Shown piece after piece: positions 1-6,069 of a stretch of 10,082 nucleotides of DNA. The translations under genes and the position numbers were made by a program. How positions within the stretch are numbered: position 1 is the stretch's first letter; the number at the start of each line of letters is the position of its first letter. Source of the DNA: Oribacterium sp. (lineage in GTDB: Bacteria; Bacillota_I; Bacilli_A; RF39; UBA660). The stretch spans positions 1 to 10,082 of the forward strand of contig CAVJSY010000055.1 in assembly GCA_963652285.1 (NCBI GenBank), in the 5' to 3' direction. The notes beneath the pieces are model-generated. The model made no database searches, was not told the DNA's origin, and saw only the letters and a list, made by a program, of their open reading frames with translations.

Positions 1-1171
1 CTTGAATGTTTTTTTTATATTTTTTATGTTCTTTTTCCGCTACTGACATTGCTTCTTCTACTGTTTCTATATTTAATCTTTTCCATTGACCGGCAATAGT
101 TTCTGCTAATGCTCTTGTTAATTTATTATTATTTGTTTTTAAGATATAATCTATTAGTACGTTTACTACTCCTGGTTTTAATTTATATTCTACTACTAAA
201 TCTTCTGCTAATTTAATATCTCTATTTGTAGGTTCTGCTCCATTATTTTTGCTTTTTAATAAGTCATAGGGACTTATTGTTTCAAATGTATATATCATTT
301 TAGCTCTTTTTGAGGTATCTCCTATAGGTGATTTTAAATACTCTGGTTGAGAGTTATAAACGACTGTTGGCAATACTCCTTTATTATCAAATTGATAATA
401 GTTTCTACAGGTCTTTCTAAATTCTTCTTTGTTTAATGTGCCTCTTTCTGTGATACAAGTTTTAATTATATCTTGTATCTTTAATGTATCTAAATCATAT
501 AAAAATGATAGTTCTAATATTAATTCTTTTGTTTCTTTAGTTAATAGTTTATCTTTATCAATCTTCTTTGGTAATGATTCTATTAGAAAGTTAAAGTCAA
601 AATTAGTATTAATATTTAGTTTTAATTTATTATATTTCCTTATGTTATCATTTACTATTTCATATGATGTTAATGGTACTGGGGTAAATACTTCTGAGAA
701 TGATGAGGTTATATCTGTATAGCCTGTAGTATTAATTCTTGGAAGTTTAAAATAACTTTTTAATTTTTCATATTCTTTTTTTCCAACATTATTATATAAT
801 ACTATGTTTAATATTGGGTGAGAAAAAAATTCATGGGCTGGTATGGGAGAATATAATTCATATAAGTAATTATTAATATTATCATTTTTATAAAATGTTT
901 TTAAAAGACCTATTGCTTCTAATTTTTTTCTTGCTTCTACAAATTCATCTAAGGACAAATGTAGGTTAGTTGTTAGATGATGGTGTGTATATTCTATACT
1001 TAGTATTTCATTTTTATCTAAGTCTGACCATAATGAATAATATAACATAATTGGTATTGGGCCTATGATTGGTAAGTATAACATATTTAGGATTTTTCTA
1101 TCTTCTGCGTTCATTATGCTTTTATTTACCACTACATAGGTATCTGCTGGAAGAATATTATATTTTTGCAT
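1..1171 (-). CDS. DnaD/DnaB_2-domain replication initiation / helicase-loading protein (Bacillus DnaB-like); 3' end runs off the window; absent from the supplied ORF track
   Basis: I reverse-complemented 1171-2 by hand and found 390 codons with no stop, which is very unlikely by chance at this AT content. The ATG at 1171-1169 is preceded by AAGAGGA about 10 nt upstream. The N-terminus reads MQKYNILPADTYVVVNKSIMNAEDRKILNMLYLPIIGPIPIMLYYSLWSD, typical of Firmicute DnaB/DnaD loaders. The distal part reads GVVNVLIDYILKTNNNKLTRALAETIAGQWKRLNIETVEEAM, matching the DnaB_2/DnaD C-terminal repeat (YI...L...Y...IA..W....I.T.E.A). The plus-strand ORF 429-722 is its antisense shadow. Confidence 0.75.
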   Translation of the reverse strand, partial: MQKYNILPADTYVVVNKSIMNAEDRKILNMLYLPIIGPIPIMLYYSLWSDLDKNEILSIEYTHHHLTTNLHLSLDEFVEARKKLEAIGLLKTFYKNDNINNYLYELYSPIPAHEFFSHPILNIVLYNNVGKKEYEKLKSYFKLPRINTTGYTDITSSFSEVFTPVPLTSYEIVNDNIRKYNKLKLNINTNFDFNFLIESLPKKIDKDKLLTKETKELILELSFLYDLDTLKIQDIIKTCITERGTLNKEEFRKTCRNYYQFDNKGVLPTVVYNSQPEYLKSPIGDTSKRAKMIYTFETISPYDLLKSKNNGAEPTNRDIKLAEDLVVEYKLKPGVVNVLIDYILKTNNNKLTRALAETIAGQWKRLNIETVEEAMSVAEKEHKKYKKNIQ

Positions 1172-1321
1172 TACAACCACTGTCCTCTTAATAACATTTT
1201 AATATAAAAGGGGTAAAAAGTAAAGAATTTATTTAGTTTTTGGAGTACAATACATAACTAATTAATTGATATTATCTAATAGAAAAAAACTTATATAATA
1301 TAGTTAATTTATATAAATATT

Positions 1322-1380
1322 AAAATAATTAAACATAATGTACCATACAATTTAAAATCGTGTGGTACATTATGTTTGAG
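1322..1380 (-). terminator. Putative intrinsic terminator closing the four-gene ATPase/vWA operon
   Basis: Perfect 15-bp inverted repeat: AAACATAATGTACCA (1331-1345) and TGGTACATTATGTTT (1363-1377). It extends to 18 bp with one mismatch. It begins 37 nt past the stop codon at 1414-1416. On the minus transcript it is followed by the U-rich tract AAUUAUUUUAAUAUUU. The stem is AT-rich and the U tract is interrupted, so confidence is moderate. Confidence 0.55.
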
Positions 1381-1413
1381 ATATAAAGAAATATGAACTT
1401 TTGTCCTGATTAT

Positions 1414-2688
1414 TTATCTTGTTTTTTCTTTTGATTTATTGGAAGTAGCTAATCTTTTTAAGTCTTCGTCACTTATATATATTACTCTTCCTCCTAATGG
1501 ATTTATTTTTCTTCCTCCAAATACTATCCAAATGGCATCAACTTTCTTTTGAGGCATTGATGCCCAGCCATCTGTGAATATTATTTTATTGTTGGCATTT
1601 TTTGAGAAGGCATTTATTGCTGCATCAAAGTCTGTTCCTCCTCCTCCTTGAAATTTTAAGTTTTCAATATCTTTAGATGACTTTACTTCACTGAAACCAT
1701 AGAATTTTGTATCAAAGCATCCTACTTTAACTTTTGACTCTTTTAATATATTTTTACATTCTCTAAGGAAATTTCTAAGTAAATCATCATCAATGGATCC
1801 ACTTGTATCTAATACTATTTCTGTTTCATTTTTTTCTATTGGGTCTATTGTAGGCATAATTATTCCACTTTCTACTTCCGGATTAAGATATGACCAATCT
1901 TCATCTGTTTTAATTGCATTTTTTAATAATCTAGTCCAATTTATTAATGGTATTGCACTTCCTATATCACTTATGTTTCTTTGGTCTGCTAAAGAACTAT
2001 TACCATAACTAGTTGATTGCTGAGCCAGAGACTTTCTAAGTTTCTCTAATTGTTCATCTCTTAACTTTTCATTTTCTTCAAAGATTTTCTTTTCTCCTAT
2101 TTTTCCCATTTTTTCTATATCTTGTTCTATTTTTTGTTCTTTTGGGGTAGAATGATTTTCTTTATTTTCCTCTTGCTTATGTTTCTTTTTTACTGCATCT
2201 TCCCACATAGTATGACTATCATGTCCAACTTGTTTATCATCATTTGAATTATTATTATCTTTTGATTTTTTGTTTTCATTCTCATTATCTTTTTTATCTT
2301 TTAATAGTTTTTCATACAATTGTTCAGCATCATACATATAAGCATCTTTTATGTCTACTCCACCTTCTATTAATGGTAAGCCATCTTTTTGAGTTAAATA
2401 TGAATTAATTACAGCATCTGTTGCTATATTCCAAGTTTCATGATCTTTTCCTTTACTTCTATAAATGTGATTAAGTGCTATATGGCATAATTCATGGGCA
2501 AATAAAAATATTTGTTCTTTTTCTGTTAGAGAATTTGTAAATTCAGAATTGTAATATATATTTTTTCCATCAGTTGCAGCAGTGTCAACTGTTTTTGTCT
2601 CTTCAAAAGTTGTGTTTGCTAGTATGTTGCCAAAGAAGCCATATTTGATTAGTAATTTTCTTTTTATACTATTAATATTTAATTCCAT
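1414..2688 (-). CDS. Zincin-like metallopeptidase (DUF2201_N-type) fused to a vWA-like MIDAS domain (DUF2201-type), joined by a long charged low-complexity linker
   Basis: 424-aa ORF with GAGGT 7 nt upstream of the ATG at 2688. The N-terminal domain carries TAATDGKNIYYN and HELCHIALNH (HExxHxxxxH, nt 2467-2496), then WNIATDAVIN. The C-terminal domain carries IVLDTSGSID (MIDAS DxSGS, nt 1795-1809), QGGGGTDF and IIFTDG. These motifs match the putative-metallopeptidase plus vWA-like family that is usually found next to AAA_5 ATPases, assigned from memory rather than a search. Confidence 0.88.
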   Translation of the reverse strand: MELNINSIKRKLLIKYGFFGNILANTTFEETKTVDTAATDGKNIYYNSEFTNSLTEKEQIFLFAHELCHIALNHIYRSKGKDHETWNIATDAVINSYLTQKDGLPLIEGGVDIKDAYMYDAEQLYEKLLKDKKDNENENKKSKDNNNSNDDKQVGHDSHTMWEDAVKKKHKQEENKENHSTPKEQKIEQDIEKMGKIGEKKIFEENEKLRDEQLEKLRKSLAQQSTSYGNSSLADQRNISDIGSAIPLINWTRLLKNAIKTDEDWSYLNPEVESGIIMPTIDPIEKNETEIVLDTSGSIDDDLLRNFLRECKNILKESKVKVGCFDTKFYGFSEVKSSKDIENLKFQGGGGTDFDAAINAFSKNANNKIIFTDGWASMPQKKVDAIWIVFGGRKINPLGGRVIYISDEDLKRLATSNKSKEKTR

Positions 2689-2697
2689 AGTTTACCT

Positions 2698-3093
2698 CTA
2701 CATTGTTATAACTAGTGATTTAATAGTATCATTAATTTCTTCCAATTTTCCATTTACTAGTATTATACAATTTTTAGGTAGTTCAAGATTACCAATTTTT
2801 CTATACTTTAATATTTCATAAAATTTTTCTTGTTCTTCTTTAGATATTTTTGATAAATCTGTTATTATCAATATAGTACTTTCTTTGTTACATTTTTTTA
2901 CTAATTCATTATACCAATTTGGTGGTAATAATTTACCTTCATTTAATGTTCCATTTAAAGAAGATTTTTTTATATTTGCAGGTAATATAACTGCATCTTT
3001 TTTTATAAAATTAACATCAACGTCACTTACTAATATTGGGGCTACATTTGCCTTTAAATATGCTCTTAATTCATTTATTCTTTCTTTATTCAT
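2698..3093 (-). CDS. Small (131 aa) degenerate AAA+ core paralogue lacking Walker A and the Walker B glutamate (putative pseudo-ATPase subunit or adaptor)
   Basis: Its ATG (3093-3091) overlaps the upstream stop as TAATG, and the SD AAGGAGGA lies inside the upstream gene tail. By eye it aligns to the neighbouring ATPases. PPNWYNELVKKCNKESTILIITDLSKISKEEQEKFYEILKYRKIGNLELPKNCIILVNG matches PPPWYTRLVEKCEKEPNKIHILFLDELNNASPNMQKYAFSIALDRKVNDRFELPKNVRIAAAGN. ANVAPILVSDVDVN sits where SNVAVFLHGKPGEGKS is found in the ATPases. Confidence 0.75.
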   Translation of the reverse strand: MNKERINELRAYLKANVAPILVSDVDVNFIKKDAVILPANIKKSSLNGTLNEGKLLPPNWYNELVKKCNKESTILIITDLSKISKEEQEKFYEILKYRKIGNLELPKNCIILVNGKLEEINDTIKSLVITM

Positions 3094-4310
3094 TATCTTT
3101 TTCCTCCTTTTTTTACATTTGATGTCATTTGTAATTCTGCTACTTTTTCTAATCTTTCTTTATCTCCGTGAGCCCAGATACTATAAAATGTATTTACAAA
3201 TTCTGGACCAAGATTTTCTATAAAGTCTTTTATAATTTCTACGTGTTCTTCACTTACTTGTGATAAACTTACTACCGTTGCATAACTTTCTGATACATTT
3301 AAATTTTTATAATCATTCATATCATAATCACCATTTATTACTTCTTCTACAGTTATTACTGGTTGCATACAGAAACTTATAAATTCTTGTGTTAGGTCTT
3401 CTCCTATTAAACCTCTTAGCATTTGAGGATTTTTAGTACTATATAACATTTTAGATGCCATTTCCCATTTTCTTGGGTCTGCTGTTGGTGTTTGTTTATC
3501 TGGATTTACTTCTGTTCTTAATACTCTTTCTCCACCGTAAGCAATAAATGCATATATAGATGGATGGATATTATTTAATGATGCCCAATTTAACCATTGT
3601 TCTGGTGTTGTTTTTATATTGACATGAGCAAATCTATCATATAATGGTTGAGATATATCATATGCTGATAACGAGTCTTCTACTTCATTTCCAGCGGCTG
3701 CAATTCTTACATTTTTTGGCAATTCAAATCTATCATTAACTTTTCTATCTAGTGCAATACTAAATGCATACTTTTGCATATTTGGACTTGCATTATTTAA
3801 TTCATCTAAGAATAGAATATGAATTTTATTTGGTTCTTTTTCACATTTTTCTACTAATCTAGTATACCATGGAGGAGGTGCATATTCTACTACTTTGGTA
3901 TCATTATTTTTAATTCCCATTCCTACTAAAAGTTCTGGTGTTAATGTGCCTAAAGATAACACTTCACAGTTAGGATCTATTTGTTTAATTCTAGATGATT
4001 TCCCTTCACCAGGTTTACCATGTAAGAATACTGCTACATTAGAGTCAATTGCTCCTTTTATTATATCTTCTTCACTTACTTCTTCAAATGTAAATCCATA
4101 TTGATTTTCTTTTGGTTTGATTTTTGTTAATGTTACTTCTTGAAATATTTCTTTTGCAAATACATTATCTATAAATTTTTTTATAGTTGTATTATCAAAG
4201 TCACCTATATATATTCCAGACTTTTCAAATGGAATGCCTGCGAAAAGAATTTTTTCTGTTACCATAACCTTATTCTTTTCATCAACTAACCATTTTATTG
4301 GTTGTACTCC
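3093..4310. repeat. Direct tandem repeat, copy B (pairs with 4852-6069, offset exactly 1759 bp)
   Basis: Line-by-line comparison shows an indel-free alignment across codons 181-585 of the two ATPase genes. Positions 3219-3821 show no mismatches against 4978-5580. The 126 nt on the 3' side have about 10 differences. Divergence rises steadily on the 5' side. Confidence 0.9.
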
Positions 4311-4850
4311 CATCCAAACAACATTATCCTGAATATTATTGGGATATCTTATGTATCTATGTCCATCTAATTCATATTCTGAATATTGTATTGTATTATC
4401 AGATGGATCTGTATATTTATTGCCTGTCAATTTTAATTTATTTTTTTTATAATATGAATCTACTATCATTTGCTCATCATCATCTAGATAATCTTGTGGA
4501 TAGTAACCGTACTCCACTTCTATAAATCCAGATTCATTAATTTTTTTCCTGTTATTTTCATAAATATCTGATATTGAGGAAAGCGGTAAAACTAAACGAG
4601 CACCTGTATCATCAAAACTAGGAATAGTAGCAGCTTGTAAACCTGCAAAATCAACTATATATACTCCTCTTCTATAACCTCTTGATTTTGTCCAATATGC
4701 TTTATGTAATTCATTGTTCCAATCACTAAATATATCAAATAAGTTAGCAAAATCTGTCATTTTTGCTGTAACATTAGTATCATCTTTAAATATTTCTAAT
4801 CTATTTTCTCCAAAAATTTGTTCTTTTGTTAAAAATGTAAAATCACTCAT
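3093..4850 (-). CDS. AAA+ ATPase (MoxR/AAA_5-like) with a ~250-aa N-terminal non-ATPase domain; downstream tandem paralogue (copy B)
   Basis: 585-aa ORF. The ATG at 4850 lies 1 nt after the copy A stop, with the SD AAGGAGGA embedded in the copy A tail. Walker A is GKPGEGKS (nt 3996-4019). Walker B is ILFLDE (nt 3801-3818). A sensor-1-like RIAAAGNE follows, then a helical lid region. The N-terminal domain carries YWTKS, GARLVLP, VEYGYYPQ and VQPIKWLV motifs. Confidence 0.9.
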   Translation of the reverse strand: MSDFTFLTKEQIFGENRLEIFKDDTNVTAKMTDFANLFDIFSDWNNELHKAYWTKSRGYRRGVYIVDFAGLQAATIPSFDDTGARLVLPLSSISDIYENNRKKINESGFIEVEYGYYPQDYLDDDEQMIVDSYYKKNKLKLTGNKYTDPSDNTIQYSEYELDGHRYIRYPNNIQDNVVWMGVQPIKWLVDEKNKVMVTEKILFAGIPFEKSGIYIGDFDNTTIKKFIDNVFAKEIFQEVTLTKIKPKENQYGFTFEEVSEEDIIKGAIDSNVAVFLHGKPGEGKSSRIKQIDPNCEVLSLGTLTPELLVGMGIKNNDTKVVEYAPPPWYTRLVEKCEKEPNKIHILFLDELNNASPNMQKYAFSIALDRKVNDRFELPKNVRIAAAGNEVEDSLSAYDISQPLYDRFAHVNIKTTPEQWLNWASLNNIHPSIYAFIAYGGERVLRTEVNPDKQTPTADPRKWEMASKMLYSTKNPQMLRGLIGEDLTQEFISFCMQPVITVEEVINGDYDMNDYKNLNVSESYATVVSLSQVSEEHVEIIKDFIENLGPEFVNTFYSIWAHGDKERLEKVAELQMTSNVKKGGKR

Positions 4851-4851
4851 A

Positions 4852-6069
4852 TTATCTTTTTCCTCCTTTTTTTATACTTGATGTCATTTGTAATTCTGCT
4901 ACTTTTTCTAATCTATCTTTATTTCCATGAGCCCAGATACTATAAAATGTATTTACAAATTCTGGACCTAAATTAGATATAAAGTCTTTTATAATTTCTA
5001 CGTGTTCTTCACTTACTTGTGATAAACTTACTACCGTTGCATAACTTTCTGATACATTTAAATTTTTATAATCATTCATATCATAATCACCATTTATTAC
5101 TTCTTCTACAGTTATTACTGGTTGCATACAGAAACTTATAAATTCTTGTGTTAGGTCTTCTCCTATTAAACCTCTTAGCATTTGAGGATTTTTAGTACTA
5201 TATAACATTTTAGATGCCATTTCCCATTTTCTTGGGTCTGCTGTTGGTGTTTGTTTATCTGGATTTACTTCTGTTCTTAATACTCTTTCTCCACCGTAAG
5301 CAATAAATGCATATATAGATGGATGGATATTATTTAATGATGCCCAATTTAACCATTGTTCTGGTGTTGTTTTTATATTGACATGAGCAAATCTATCATA
5401 TAATGGTTGAGATATATCATATGCTGATAACGAGTCTTCTACTTCATTTCCAGCGGCTGCAATTCTTACATTTTTTGGCAATTCAAATCTATCATTAACT
5501 TTTCTATCTAGTGCAATACTAAATGCATACTTTTGCATATTTGGACTTGCATTATTTAATTCATCTAAGAATAGAATATGTATTTTATCTGGTTCTTTTT
5601 CACATTTTTCTACTAGTCTAGTATACCATGGAGGTGGTGCATATTCTACTACTTTTGTATCATTATTTTTAATTCCCATTCCTACTAAAAGTTCTGGGGT
5701 TAATGTACCTAAAGATAATATTTCACAGTTAGGGTCTATTTGTTTAATTCTAGATGACTTTCCTTCACCAGGTTTACCATGTAAGAATACTGGTACATTA
5801 GAATCAATTGCACCTTTTATTATATCTTCTTCACTTACTTCATCAAATGTAAATCCATATTGATTTTCTTTTGGTTTGATTTTTGTTAATGTTACTCCTT
5901 GAAGTATTTCTTTTGCAAATATATTATCTATAAATTTTTTTATTGTTGTATTCTCAAAGTCACCTTCATATACTCCTGACTCTTCGAATGGGACACCTGA
6001 GAATTGTATTTTTTTTGTTACCATAATTTTATTTTTTTCATCGACTAACCATTTTATTGGTTGTACTTC
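4852..6069. repeat. Direct tandem repeat, copy A (pairs with 3093-4310)
   Basis: Same comparison as for copy B. The first ~105 nt of the two genes (6505-6609 versus 4746-4850) are also clearly similar. The poorly alignable segment (6070-6504 versus 4311-4745) lies between the two similar regions. Confidence 0.9.

Noticed and set aside
429-722. 97-aa plus-strand ORF from the track
   Set aside because: It lies wholly antisense to the 390-codon DnaD/DnaB-like reading frame. Its composition (F/I/L/N/S-rich) is typical of shadow frames in AT-rich DNA. It has no SD and no recognisable motif.
1172-1413. A possible small RNA, riboswitch or attachment site in the 242-bp spacer
   Set aside because: Apart from the terminator hairpin (1331-1377) and the 13-mer reported separately, I see only AT-rich sequence. 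There is no conserved-looking structure that I can support without covariation data.
2698-3093. The small 131-aa ORF as an antitoxin, transcription factor or spurious ORF
   Set aside because: It aligns along its whole length to the AAA core of the adjacent ATPases and is translationally coupled to them. No helix-turn-helix or toxin-antitoxin-like motif was seen.
1793-4525. Plus-strand ORFs 1793-2008, 2582-2821, 2885-3223, 3895-4104 and 4298-4525
   Set aside because: All are antisense to minus-strand genes that carry strong catalytic motifs. They are low-complexity and hydrophobic, lack ribosome-binding sites and cross gene junctions arbitrarily. I treat them as shadow ORFs.
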